Assembly: GCA_041746255.1 (NCBI GenBank)
Contig: JBGTHM010000097.1
Span: 1-64,000, forward strand
Reading direction: 5' to 3'
DNA: 64,000 nucleotides
DNA from: Fibrobacteria bacterium
Lineage (GTDB): Bacteria > Fibrobacterota > Fibrobacteria > UBA11236
Shown: one piece after another, positions 29,149 to 38,796 of the stretch
Position numbering within the stretch: the stretch's first letter is position 1
Layout: every line of letters starts with the position of its first letter
Made by a program: the position numbers and the translations under genes
The notes under the pieces: model-generated
What the model saw: only the letters and a program-made list of their open reading frames with translations
Told to the model about the DNA's origin: nothing
Databases searched by the model: none

Positions 29149-30360
29149 TTAGGGAACCCGTTTTATCAAATCGCCGTAATGGATCCCGGTTAAGTGCAGA
29201 TCATCTACCCATAATTCGGCTTCTTGACTCGTAATCAAAGAGATGCGCCCTACACCCTTATTGACAGCCGACCACTCAAGACCGCTTTGGGAAGCCCCGG
29301 ATACCGGAAGTATATCTCCGGGGTGGATATCGATCCGGCTCCATTGCCGCCCCACGGTTACCGTCGCTCCGAAAGTTCCCTCTCCGGTTGCCACCGCTTC
29401 GGTTGCGAATAATACCCGCACAGCAAGGGAATCAACCGTTGCCCGGGCATAAAATGAAATCGTTCTGACCTTGGAAAAATCATACGCTTCCGGACCCAAA
29501 TTCACCCGGTAATGGGTATTCGGGCGGATATTTATCCGTAAACTCTTTCCACGATAGGCGCCTATGGAACTCAAGGAAAGCTCCGCCGAAGCATTCTCCA
29601 CGGGCAGCACGGATTGGGGAGTACTATTGATGAAAACCCGTCCTGCAGTGAGGATTTCGGCCGGATAGAGTATTCCACGTAAGGCGCTGCGCGTCTGTGT
29701 CGACTCGAAATCGAAAAGCACCACCGAGTCGGGGGGAACATGCACGCTATCCAATTCCAGTAACTCGCCAGGTACCAACCTGAAACTCTCCTGAAACCAG
29801 AAAACCGGCATACCGTCCATTTCTGCGTGACCAATCAAAGAGTAATTGCCCGGCAATACGGGAGGAAATTGGAAAACACCCTCTTCGCCGACTATGGCCC
29901 GGTAATGGGTGCCCGAAAGTCCCAATGAATAGACTTTTTCAAAATCGCCGTGCATTCGGCCTGCAATTCGGGCAGCTTCCACCAAATCGATTTTTCCGGG
30001 TCGAAACCCGCCATCCACCTCCGGGACCACCGGGAGAATGGACTGCCGCATGGAATCAGCTGATTGAAGACTTAAAAAGGATTCTCCCGCAGGCACATCG
30101 CTGATTAGGAACCGCCCTTTGGAATCGCTCAGGGCTTCCGCAATTACCGGCGCGGTCGATTGAACTAGAGCCGTACTCGTATCAGGCACGAATCGGCCTT
30201 TCCGAAGGGAGACGCGAGCTCCGACCAACGGCTCTCCGGAGCCATCGTAAACATGGGCGACGATTTCATTGGGTTGATCGGTACCCCCGCCGGCAACGCG
30301 CTCGCACCCGGCTATTAGCAAAGTCAGTAGCAAGAAACCCAGTAGGGAAAACCGAATCAT
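29149..30360 (-). CDS. Lipoprotein with carboxypeptidase-regulatory-like domains and C-terminal CBM11/CIA30-like domain
   Basis: Lipobox IAGC then ERVAGGGT; SDSKGRF; LFDFE...YDFSKVRTISFYAR...LWVDDL; ATGA-coupled to the TIGR02147 gene. Confidence 0.7.
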   Translation of the reverse strand: MIRFSLLGFLLLTLLIAGCERVAGGGTDQPNEIVAHVYDGSGEPLVGARVSLRKGRFVPDTSTALVQSTAPVIAEALSDSKGRFLISDVPAGESFLSLQSADSMRQSILPVVPEVDGGFRPGKIDLVEAARIAGRMHGDFEKVYSLGLSGTHYRAIVGEEGVFQFPPVLPGNYSLIGHAEMDGMPVFWFQESFRLVPGELLELDSVHVPPDSVVLFDFESTQTRSALRGILYPAEILTAGRVFINSTPQSVLPVENASAELSLSSIGAYRGKSLRINIRPNTHYRVNLGPEAYDFSKVRTISFYARATVDSLAVRVLFATEAVATGEGTFGATVTVGRQWSRIDIHPGDILPVSGASQSGLEWSAVNKGVGRISLITSQEAELWVDDLHLTGIHYGDLIKRVP

Positions 30361-31229
30361 TTTCCCGGCTCTCCCTTTTCATCGCTGTCCCTTAGGTTCT
30401 GGGTCAAGGGATATAATTGGAGATTCAGTGAAAATATTCCACTGACATCGGACTCCTCCATCGCACGGCTTAAAATCTTTCTCCGGACTTCATCCAATAA
30501 CACCGAAATCTCCTCGAAATATTTTTGCCCGATAGCTAAGGTCGCATAGCTCAAATGCCTTTGCGATTTAGGCATCATCTCACCCGCTTGAATGGCCTTG
30601 AACAAAAATTGCGACCTCACGTTTTTGATGATATGGGGTGGACAACCTTCTCCGCTCACTACCGGGTCGGCCTGGGTAAACCGATTTCCGGAGATTTTCT
30701 TCAAAAATCCGGTCTCGACCAATAAAGCGACTGCCTCCTTGGCTTCCTTCTCCGTAATCGGGGGAATCAACATCTGGCCTAGTTTCCGATAATTGCCTTT
30801 CCAATCGCCGTATACGGCCGCTTCCCGGATAACCTGATAGATCCAACTGGAAAAATAGGAGAATTGTTCCTCCTGAACCCGATAGAACGCCAGTTTTCGA
30901 CGAAGCCGATTCATTTCCGTCAAAAACTCCTGTTTCTCCAAATACACTTCTGCCTGATTATAGAGGACCAGATACTGGAAATATTCGATTTCCAGTTTGG
31001 ATAGGCTCATGGCCTTCCCGATTTTCAAAACCGATTCCAGGGTCAGGTTCCTTTCCCCACGGATGACTTTATCGCAGAAACTATGAGACTTAAAACCAGC
31101 TTTTTGGGCGAAAAAACGGTAAGAGAAGCTTTTTTTCTCCCGCTTTTGCCCTTGAAAATACTCGCTGAGAAAACTCCGGTAATTATCGAAAGTGAAAATT
31201 GACCCCATTTTCGGATTTTCGGCGCTCAT
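30357..31229 (-). CDS. TIGR02147/DUF4423-family protein (N-terminal HTH-like)
   Basis: YRSFL...FSYRFFAQKAGFKS...GERNL...YFQYLVLYNQA...W...IRE...LNLQLYPL pattern. Confidence 0.88.
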   Translation of the reverse strand: MSAENPKMGSIFTFDNYRSFLSEYFQGQKREKKSFSYRFFAQKAGFKSHSFCDKVIRGERNLTLESVLKIGKAMSLSKLEIEYFQYLVLYNQAEVYLEKQEFLTEMNRLRRKLAFYRVQEEQFSYFSSWIYQVIREAAVYGDWKGNYRKLGQMLIPPITEKEAKEAVALLVETGFLKKISGNRFTQADPVVSGEGCPPHIIKNVRSQFLFKAIQAGEMMPKSQRHLSYATLAIGQKYFEEISVLLDEVRRKILSRAMEESDVSGIFSLNLQLYPLTQNLRDSDEKGEPGK

Positions 31230-31436
31230 AATACCATAATCTTAACGCCTAAATCAATTTATGAGTACGGATATTGTCTAAAAATAAGACTATAAGGGGT
31301 TTTTGAGGGTGCCTACGTGTCCTTTAGGGTACAAAATTTTAATAATTGGCATATGGGTAGGGTTGGAGGGCGGTACATTCATTGCTCTATGGTAAACTTG
31401 AAACGCGAACATCCACCGCAAGAAAGGGCTCCTTCC

Positions 31437-32513
31437 ATGCTTAAGCCTATTTTCTTGTTCCTAATAAGTATTGCATGCATCACCCAAGCCATAGCCCAGG
31501 TTCCCATGGGGAGAATGGCCTATATCGCCGACGGCAATTACCGCGATTCGGATGATATCGCCGCTACCCCGGTGGGCCTGGCTATTCTCCGAGCCATGGG
31601 GCTGGAAAAGAAATTGGTCCATTATTCCCATTCCTGCGACCTCAAACCGGGTTCAGGTGATCCCGGCGGCCCTTTTCGTGAAAAGGAAATGCAGATTAGC
31701 AGCGACGGTACCGCAGAACGCTGGGGCGGTTTCGAACATATCACTTTCTTCAATGCCCTCCGGGCCACGGACGCCACGGTCAATGATCTTGTCAAGCACA
31801 TCAACAACTCGACCGAAGCGGATCCACTCTGGATTATCGAGGCAGGCGAACCGGACATCATGGTTATGGCCCTGAAAAAAAGCGACCGCGCCAAGGCGAA
31901 ATTCGTGCACATCATCACCCACCATCCCGCGAACGACAAGGGCGATACCTATAACCTTGAGGATGTTTTTAAGGAAGGTGTCCCTACGGCGAATATCCAT
32001 CGCATACCCGATCAAAACACATTGCTCAGAAAAAAGCTGTCCGAATTCCACTGGGCTAGGGACCATAAGGACTCGCGAATCAAATGGCTTTGGGATAGGG
32101 TGAACCTGGCTCAATCTACCGAAATGAAATACCCGCAAATAGTAGGCTGGGCTGACATTTCCGACGCGGGAATGGTATGGTGGTGGGCCACCCTCGATAA
32201 GGGCGGCGATGAAAAATGCGACTTTCCCAAAATCAGAAAATTACTCGAAGACTATGTTGCCAAACCTGTTATGTCGATATCGTTTTCCGGAAACCCGCGC
32301 GGCTTGGAAGTCCATTCCGGAAAGGGTGGTTTCACCATAGTTGCAAGCTCGGAACCTATTCAATTGGAAGTGGTCAATCTACAGGGGAAAGTCATTCATC
32401 ATGAATCCGGTCGCCTGAAAAGCACATTCATTCCCGTTACGGAAAAGGGCATGCACTTTATCCGGCTTTCACAAGGTAATTTCCGCATAAATACGAAATA
32501 TGTTTCCCGGTAA
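31437..32513 (+). CDS. Secreted nucleoside-hydrolase-like-fold protein of unknown function with T9SS-like tail
   Basis: Start moved to ATG 31437; ADGNYRDSDD; PLWIIEAG; SDAGM; tail VVNLQGK...KGMHFIRL; paralog of 12207..13313. Confidence 0.6.
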   Translation: MLKPIFLFLISIACITQAIAQVPMGRMAYIADGNYRDSDDIAATPVGLAILRAMGLEKKLVHYSHSCDLKPGSGDPGGPFREKEMQISSDGTAERWGGFEHITFFNALRATDATVNDLVKHINNSTEADPLWIIEAGEPDIMVMALKKSDRAKAKFVHIITHHPANDKGDTYNLEDVFKEGVPTANIHRIPDQNTLLRKKLSEFHWARDHKDSRIKWLWDRVNLAQSTEMKYPQIVGWADISDAGMVWWWATLDKGGDEKCDFPKIRKLLEDYVAKPVMSISFSGNPRGLEVHSGKGGFTIVASSEPIQLEVVNLQGKVIHHESGRLKSTFIPVTEKGMHFIRLSQGNFRINTKYVSR

Positions 32514-32544
32514 CAAACTATGGAAATCATCGAGTGATAAGTGG

Positions 32545-34773
32545 ATGGACCGAGGCTTATCGGCATCCTTGGGTCTACTGCTATTTTGCGCGGCCACCGC
32601 TTCCAGCTCGGAAATCGATACCCTGACAGCCCGGCTGGTCGGGGTGTGGAGCTTGGAAGAGGCATCGTCCGCGGTATCCGACTTATCCAGCCAAAAATCG
32701 GACGGAACCTGGCCCGATATCGATTATACCAACCGGGACCGTACCAATTGGATTGTCGCCTCCCATCTCTATCGGCTACGTAGTATGGCGACGGCCTTCA
32801 ACCAGCCTACGCATCCGGCCTACGGGTCCGTGGCAATGAAGAACGGAGTGTTGAAGGGATTGGACGCCTGGTTTGCCAAATCCCCCTCCAGCCAGAATTG
32901 GTTCTGGAACGACATTGGGCCGCAAAACCAACTCGCTCCCATTCTGCTCATTATGAAGCCGTATCTAACGGCTCAGCAATTAAAGAACGGCGCCGAGATT
33001 TTCAAGTATAAAAGTGGGTGGACCGGGCAAAATAAAATCTGGTTCGCCGCTCAACTCGTCTACCGTGGCAGTCTCACAAATTCCCCTTCCGACGTGCAAG
33101 AGGGAGTGACCATTGTGGCGTCGGAAATCCAAGTATCCACCCAGGAAGGCATGCAACCGGAATTCAGCTTCCACCAGCACGGCCCTATGCCGTATAACGC
33201 CAACTACGGATTTTCTTTGCTGCTGACGGTTTCCCCGCTTATGCATGCTACTCATGGCCTATCCTTTGCATTTCCCCAAGCGAAGCAGGATATCCTTATT
33301 CGTTACGTACTCGAAGGCACGCAGTGGCTGTTTCGACGCGGAGATTGGGCCCTCGCCGTCCACGGACGGGAAATCTCACGGCCAGGCGCATCGACAACCA
33401 TGGTGCTTTACGGCGCCGACAAGGCGTTGCAGGGCGCCCTACAGCAACTTCGACGGGTTGCCGGTAATCGTGGTGGAGAAATAGAGGCATTCCTCAATCA
33501 TATCAAGGGTGGTAACGACGGGGCGCTGGAAGGCAACAAACACTTCTGGCGATCGGATATCATGTCCCACAGGCGGAGTCCCTTTACCGCCTCGCTTCGT
33601 ATGACTTCCACCACCACGGGTAGAACGGAATCTATCAATAGCGAAAATTTAAAAGGGGGATATTTTCCGTTCGGCTCCCTGTTCCTTCAGAGACGGGGAG
33701 ATGAGTACCGGGACATTCGTCCCGTTTGGGACTGGTCTCGGATTCCCGGTGTCACCTCGCCGCATAAAAATGCTACACCTAATGGAACCGTGCAAGGAAA
33801 TACCCTTTTCGTGGGTGGAGTTTCGGATGGCCAATACGGCGTCGCCGCCATGGACTTGAACCATGACGGAGTGACCGGACATAAAAGCTGGTTTTTCTTC
33901 GACCGGGAAATAGTCGCACTCGGTTCGGATATCGTAGGGACGGGAAATGATCCGGTATTCACTTCGGTCAATCAGACAGCCGCGCGAGGTGAAGCCTGGA
34001 CCGGCTCATTCGCCGGTAATGGATCCGCCTTGGGAGCCCAGCCGGCACAGTTGTCCGGCAAAGCTTGGGTACACCATGACAGCACGGGATATCTTTTCTG
34101 GGATGCCGAAGCCGTTACAGTTCAAAATGCGAAGCAAACGGGAAGTTGGTCCTTAATCAATGCGAATTATTCCTCAACGAAGGAAACCCGGGATGTTGTC
34201 AGCCTTTGGTTTAATCATGGGGTGAAGCCGAATAAGAAATCTTATGCTTACGCTCTGCTGCCCGGTTTTTCCCGTGAAGAAGTAAAAGTCTACAGCGCAT
34301 CACCCAAGGTGGAGGTGGTCTCGAATACAGCGGCGCTCCAAGCCGTTCGGAATAACGATGCAGGAATCACCGGGATTGCATTTTTCGCAGCCGGAACGGT
34401 AGATGTAAACTCTGATATGCGCATTCGGGTGAGCGCGCCTTGCCTGGCATTGGCCAAATTCCAGGCCGGGAAAGTGGAGTTGACCTTGTCGAACCCTAAG
34501 AAAACCGCTTTGTCGGTAAAGGCCGACCTTCTGTCCGGAACCCAAACCGTGGCTTCCTTGACCTTCGCATTACCCGGAGATGCAGCTAATGGGGGGAAAA
34601 GCACAACTCAGACCTTCGCATACACGGTATCCGCATTGTCCCCCTATCCCAGCGCCGCCCCGTGGCTTAACCAAAACCACGGAAGGATGCCCAGCCCTGT
34701 TTGGAGGGGGTCCTGCGGCTCAGGTTCCGCACTACCCTGCATCTATACCACGGATGGAAAACGGCTGCCCTAG
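32545..34773 (+). CDS. Polysaccharide lyase family 8 (chondroitin AC/hyaluronate/xanthan lyase-like)
   Basis: NWFWNDIG, TGQN, FHQHG...Y..NYG, GREISR, ESINSEN, WDWSRIPGVT, KSWFFFD; signal peptide from ATG 32545. Confidence 0.92.
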   Translation: MDRGLSASLGLLLFCAATASSSEIDTLTARLVGVWSLEEASSAVSDLSSQKSDGTWPDIDYTNRDRTNWIVASHLYRLRSMATAFNQPTHPAYGSVAMKNGVLKGLDAWFAKSPSSQNWFWNDIGPQNQLAPILLIMKPYLTAQQLKNGAEIFKYKSGWTGQNKIWFAAQLVYRGSLTNSPSDVQEGVTIVASEIQVSTQEGMQPEFSFHQHGPMPYNANYGFSLLLTVSPLMHATHGLSFAFPQAKQDILIRYVLEGTQWLFRRGDWALAVHGREISRPGASTTMVLYGADKALQGALQQLRRVAGNRGGEIEAFLNHIKGGNDGALEGNKHFWRSDIMSHRRSPFTASLRMTSTTTGRTESINSENLKGGYFPFGSLFLQRRGDEYRDIRPVWDWSRIPGVTSPHKNATPNGTVQGNTLFVGGVSDGQYGVAAMDLNHDGVTGHKSWFFFDREIVALGSDIVGTGNDPVFTSVNQTAARGEAWTGSFAGNGSALGAQPAQLSGKAWVHHDSTGYLFWDAEAVTVQNAKQTGSWSLINANYSSTKETRDVVSLWFNHGVKPNKKSYAYALLPGFSREEVKVYSASPKVEVVSNTAALQAVRNNDAGITGIAFFAAGTVDVNSDMRIRVSAPCLALAKFQAGKVELTLSNPKKTALSVKADLLSGTQTVASLTFALPGDAANGGKSTTQTFAYTVSALSPYPSAAPWLNQNHGRMPSPVWRGSCGSGSALPCIYTTDGKRLP

Positions 34774-34803
34774 GGTCTGGAAACCGCTTGGGTAATCCTC
34801 GGG

Positions 34804-36201
34804 TTACCGTACCACCAATTGCGATTGGCCGCTCGATTTCAGGAGATAGAGGCCTTTAGCCTGGCTCGAAAGGTCGATAACGGATCCTCGCCCTTCCAGA
34901 ATGGGTTTACCGGATACCGAATACACTCGCCAGTTTCCCGGGACCTCAAGGTGGATGACTCCCTCCACTCGCTGCGGCGTCAGCCGAAGGCCGCGCTGTT
35001 GGGATACCGCCGAGGGGTCCTGTCCGGATACTCTGTGATATTCATTGATGCGCTTATCCGATATTTTGAAATCGTCGAACCAGGCATGGATATCCTCGGT
35101 GGGCTCATATTCCGTGGACGAGCCGCCTAAAAAGGCGGAGACCAAGAGGTTGTTGATGGTCATCTCCTTGGATGACCCCTGCGGCAACCAGAAACCGAAA
35201 TTCTCGGAATTGGTCCTCCTATGGCCCTTGCCTCCATCCACCCAACCTTCAAAAATCCCGTCCTTATTTCCGGGCGTCTCGAATTTGTAATACAATTCGA
35301 TGTTATGCCATTTTCCGGTAGTAAGGTAGGGTGTAAAAGTCCTTTCGCACAGCGACGGTTTATGCACCAGCTTCTCTCCCCAAAACCTTTCCGCGTCTTC
35401 CGCAAAGGATTGATCGGCATTTATGGTTTCCGGATAAAACTGAATGCTGCCCCCCACTCGCCACATGATCCGGCCTTTCCATCGGCTTTCGTCGGCAGGG
35501 TAGTCTCCTCCCAGGCTCGGCAGCTTTCCGCCGCATTTGTCGAACTGAAAATTATCGCTGAACTTGACCCAATAGGACAAAAAAAGCTCCTTCGCTTTGA
35601 AAGGATTATCCTTATAGGTCCCTTGAATCGGAATACGCGTGTCGACCCCGGACCCCGAGGATTTCAACTCACCTTTTGGAAATCTCACCTTCAAGGAGGA
35701 TCCGACTCCATCGACGCTTTCATTCGGGTCTATGGAAGCTCGATTCGTGGCGTCGGTAGGGTTTACCCTGTCGTCCGCGAAGCCCGCACCATGCGCGACA
35801 TGCAAATCCGCTTTCAACTCGTCGGCCGTATAGTTTTTTCCCGGCCTCAGCGCGTCGAAGTTCAAGTGAAACACGCAAGAATCGAGCACCGGATCTTTTT
35901 CCAAAGTTATATCCACTTGACCGGAGCCCACGTTCACGTTTCTTTTCGAGGCATAGCCCATCGCCGCGGCGACGAGAGTAGTGGCGCCCCCTCCTTCCAG
36001 CGAATAGGAGCCGTTCGCGGCCGACTTGGCGAATTTCGAAGGATCCGCTGCAACGGTAATCAGGGCATTGGCGATGGCCGTACCTTGGGAGTTTTTTACC
36101 ACTCCCGTAATTGTCTGGGCCGAAACCGGACAGCATACCGCCAAGGCAACGACAATCAGAAGCGCGGGAACTGAAGTTTTTGCACGGTAATTCATTTTCA
36201 C
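34804..36201 (-). CDS. Secreted PL14-like polysaccharide lyase with N-terminal carboxypeptidase-regulatory-like domain and T9SS-like tail
   Basis: YWVKF...GGKLP, RIMWR, GKWH, FLGG, WFDDF motifs; the start may instead be ATG 36195. Confidence 0.8.
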   Translation of the reverse strand: MKMNYRAKTSVPALLIVVALAVCCPVSAQTITGVVKNSQGTAIANALITVAADPSKFAKSAANGSYSLEGGGATTLVAAAMGYASKRNVNVGSGQVDITLEKDPVLDSCVFHLNFDALRPGKNYTADELKADLHVAHGAGFADDRVNPTDATNRASIDPNESVDGVGSSLKVRFPKGELKSSGSGVDTRIPIQGTYKDNPFKAKELFLSYWVKFSDNFQFDKCGGKLPSLGGDYPADESRWKGRIMWRVGGSIQFYPETINADQSFAEDAERFWGEKLVHKPSLCERTFTPYLTTGKWHNIELYYKFETPGNKDGIFEGWVDGGKGHRRTNSENFGFWLPQGSSKEMTINNLLVSAFLGGSSTEYEPTEDIHAWFDDFKISDKRINEYHRVSGQDPSAVSQQRGLRLTPQRVEGVIHLEVPGNWRVYSVSGKPILEGRGSVIDLSSQAKGLYLLKSSGQSQLVVR

Positions 36202-36361
36202 CCCAACGGCTTAAAAACACGGGCCAGCCTAGGTTATTTAATATAGGGAGTAATGGAGAACCCCACAGCCAATAGCCGCACAGCCTTCGAATAGTATGGG
36301 GTGGTAAGGCTTAAAGGCAATCCGACTTATTTAGTTTTTTGTGTCGAACCCTATCGCCCGA

Positions 36362-36937
36362 TTAATCGCCAGGTTCCAGTACGGAAATATTCCGGAATTC
36401 GGCGGTATCATCGAACGACCCGATGCCGACCAAACCGTTCCGCAGAGAGATATCGACTGCATCCAGGGCTGAATTTTCCGCATCGTCCATAAAAACCCGG
36501 ATACGGCCCGATTCGCCTTCGCGGTTCAGCCTTACGCGATGCCAATTCCGATCCGTGAGGGTGGGGTCGCCATTCCCAGCGTCGATACGACGGCGATCGG
36601 CTTCATTTACGATAAAGATGCCGTTATGCACCGCATCGGTGACGCCGGAGAGGTGGGCATAATAAAATCGCGAGGGAGATTGATACCCGAAGACCAGGAC
36701 GATGTCCGCGCGATTGAGACCCGGATCCATGGTGGATCGGAATTCCAGGCTGATTTCGAAATCGGTCTTTTCCAGTCCTGCCAGCAATGCCAAGGCTGCC
36801 GGCCGCCGTATGGGTCCACCCGGCTTGCCAGCCTGATAGAGCACAAGCTTGTTTTCGTTCAATTCCCATTTGCCGTTGCCGTCGAGGATCCAGTCTCGGG
36901 TGATTTCCCCCGATAGCTCAGGACATTGTATTCTCAC
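36362..36937 (-). CDS. Cytoplasmic ConA/DUF1080-like beta-sandwich protein
   Basis: GTG 36937 overlaps the EamA stop (GTGA); FYYAHLS, WHRVRL, GLVGIGSFDDTAEFRNI. Confidence 0.6.
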   Translation of the reverse strand: MRIQCPELSGEITRDWILDGNGKWELNENKLVLYQAGKPGGPIRRPAALALLAGLEKTDFEISLEFRSTMDPGLNRADIVLVFGYQSPSRFYYAHLSGVTDAVHNGIFIVNEADRRRIDAGNGDPTLTDRNWHRVRLNREGESGRIRVFMDDAENSALDAVDISLRNGLVGIGSFDDTAEFRNISVLEPGD

Positions 36938-37842
36938 GATCCCCCCAAAGTTAGCGCCGCCAAGCCGGCCAGCATCACGGTAGCACCGGCGAAACGGGTT
37001 CGCCATTGCGTCTCCTGGAAAAACAGGCCGCCGAAAACGACGCTGAAAAGAATGGAGCAGCGCTTGAGCGCCACCACGTAGGGCGCCGGCCCGGATTGCA
37101 GGGCATAGGTTTGGGCTACATAGGCCAGGGAACCCAATAACCCAATCAACAGGAGAGCCGGTAACGAACGGAACCAGAGTTGTTTATGCGCCGAGAAATG
37201 CTCCGAGCGGGTTACGGCCTGGTTGGATAATCCCGCGCGCCACCACACCCAGGGAATCAGCGCCAGCCCGACCGCCAGGTTCATGGAAAAGCACCAGAAC
37301 GCGGGTGAGCTGGCTTGAGTGCCCAACTTATCGTAATTGCTGGAGACGCTCCAGAGTAAGGCGATAGCGAGCATATAGCGCGAACCCATATTCTGCCAAG
37401 GAGAAATCAATAGGCTCCACCAACCTTTGCGCCAGGAACTGAGGTCCAGCGCATAGGTTCCGCAAGTAATCAGAATCACCCCCAGAAGCCCCCATCCCGA
37501 TATCCGATCGCCGACCATAACCGGAGAAGTGACGAGCATGAAGACGGGAGTGAACGCCAGCAGCGGCATCACCTGGGATAGCGGAGCGATTTGCAGGGCG
37601 CGCAGATAAAGCAAAGTAGTGATGAAATTGATGCCGCCGCCTAAGGCCAGAGCCGACCAAAAACCGGAGTGCAAAACCGGAGCCCCTTCCCACAGAACCA
37701 AGGGTAACAGCCAGAATACTCCGAGGAGACGGTTGCCTACGCCGACCACACCTATGTCCAGCGACTGTAACGACTTTTTACTGGTCGAATCCTTCAGGGC
37801 CGTGAACAAAGCCGCCCCCAGGGAAGGTAATATCCAGCCCAA
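36934..37842 (-). CDS. EamA/DMT-family transporter
   Basis: About ten hydrophobic helices in two repeats; ALQIAPLS..MPL; VVALKR.SILF. Confidence 0.88.
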   Translation of the reverse strand: MGWILPSLGAALFTALKDSTSKKSLQSLDIGVVGVGNRLLGVFWLLPLVLWEGAPVLHSGFWSALALGGGINFITTLLYLRALQIAPLSQVMPLLAFTPVFMLVTSPVMVGDRISGWGLLGVILITCGTYALDLSSWRKGWWSLLISPWQNMGSRYMLAIALLWSVSSNYDKLGTQASSPAFWCFSMNLAVGLALIPWVWWRAGLSNQAVTRSEHFSAHKQLWFRSLPALLLIGLLGSLAYVAQTYALQSGPAPYVVALKRCSILFSVVFGGLFFQETQWRTRFAGATVMLAGLAALTLGGS

Positions 37843-37866
37843 TTCAATCCATCCCGGTCATGGCCT

Positions 37867-38796
37867 TCAAGGCGAGCAAATTCCCAACGCGGTGTAGAAT
37901 TCCGCCATGAGTTTATGCACATAGACACCGGAGTATTTTCCGTCGAAGAAGCGCGGAGCGGCTTCCTCCTTGAGCCTTTCCCATGAGGCCTGTTCGCGAC
38001 CGGGGATGATGGGATAAAAAAGCGCGCCGCAATTCCGGGCGGCTTCCAAATCACCCGGCGCGTCGCCGATGAGGAGGGTTTTTTCGCGGGTAAACCCCCG
38101 GTCCATGGCGACCTTGAGTTGATGGGACTTGGTTCCGAATTCTTGGCCGGCCATAGCGTCCAGAAAAATATGGAGTCCCGTGCGATTCCATTCTTCCTGT
38201 AAAGCTTCGGTAGACGCTTGGGAAATTACCACGACATCCGCCTGCGACCTTAAAAATTCCAGGCCTTCCGCCACGCCACCAAAGGGCTCTATACCTCCGG
38301 AATGTTCCCGGGACAGCCGATTGACTTCCGTCGACCAGTCCAAGGCGAACTTAAGCGGCGCAATCTCTTTACCCCTTGCATCGGAATCGAAATCCGGATT
38401 TTGCAACCAGGCTTTCAATCCGTCCGCGCTCAAGGAGCCGCCCGAGGCCATCCACCTTTCCAGGGGAGCTGAATCCAACTGAGGGTAACTTTCAAGGTTT
38501 ACCCCGGGAGATTTTTGCAACTCCGCGAAGACCAGAGCCAGGGCGCGAAAGCGATTTGATCCGCGCGAGGGCGAAAACAGATTGACGGATTCCCAAACCC
38601 GGGAGGCTTCCGAGAGGATGGGAGAAAGGTTGTAAACGGAAAGCAGGGCCGGGAAAAAACAGCGGCGATGCTTGAGGTTCATGCTGTCCAGAGCGCTGCC
38701 ATCGGAATCGACACCGATCAGGAATTCCCGCGTAGAGCGGAAATCGTTAAGTGAGGGGACGCGAACCGGCGATTGAGTCACTGCGGCGTCAGACAC
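37867..38796 (-). CDS. HAD-superfamily hydrolase/phosphatase
   Basis: Motif I GVDSDG; motif IV LIGDAPGD. Confidence 0.85.
   Translation of the reverse strand: MSDAAVTQSPVRVPSLNDFRSTREFLIGVDSDGSALDSMNLKHRRCFFPALLSVYNLSPILSEASRVWESVNLFSPSRGSNRFRALALVFAELQKSPGVNLESYPQLDSAPLERWMASGGSLSADGLKAWLQNPDFDSDARGKEIAPLKFALDWSTEVNRLSREHSGGIEPFGGVAEGLEFLRSQADVVVISQASTEALQEEWNRTGLHIFLDAMAGQEFGTKSHQLKVAMDRGFTREKTLLIGDAPGDLEAARNCGALFYPIIPGREQASWERLKEEAAPRFFDGKYSGVYVHKLMAEFYTALGICSP

Noticed and set aside
35221..36174. 317-aa ORF on plus
   Set aside because: Lies wholly antisense to the well-supported PL14-like gene.
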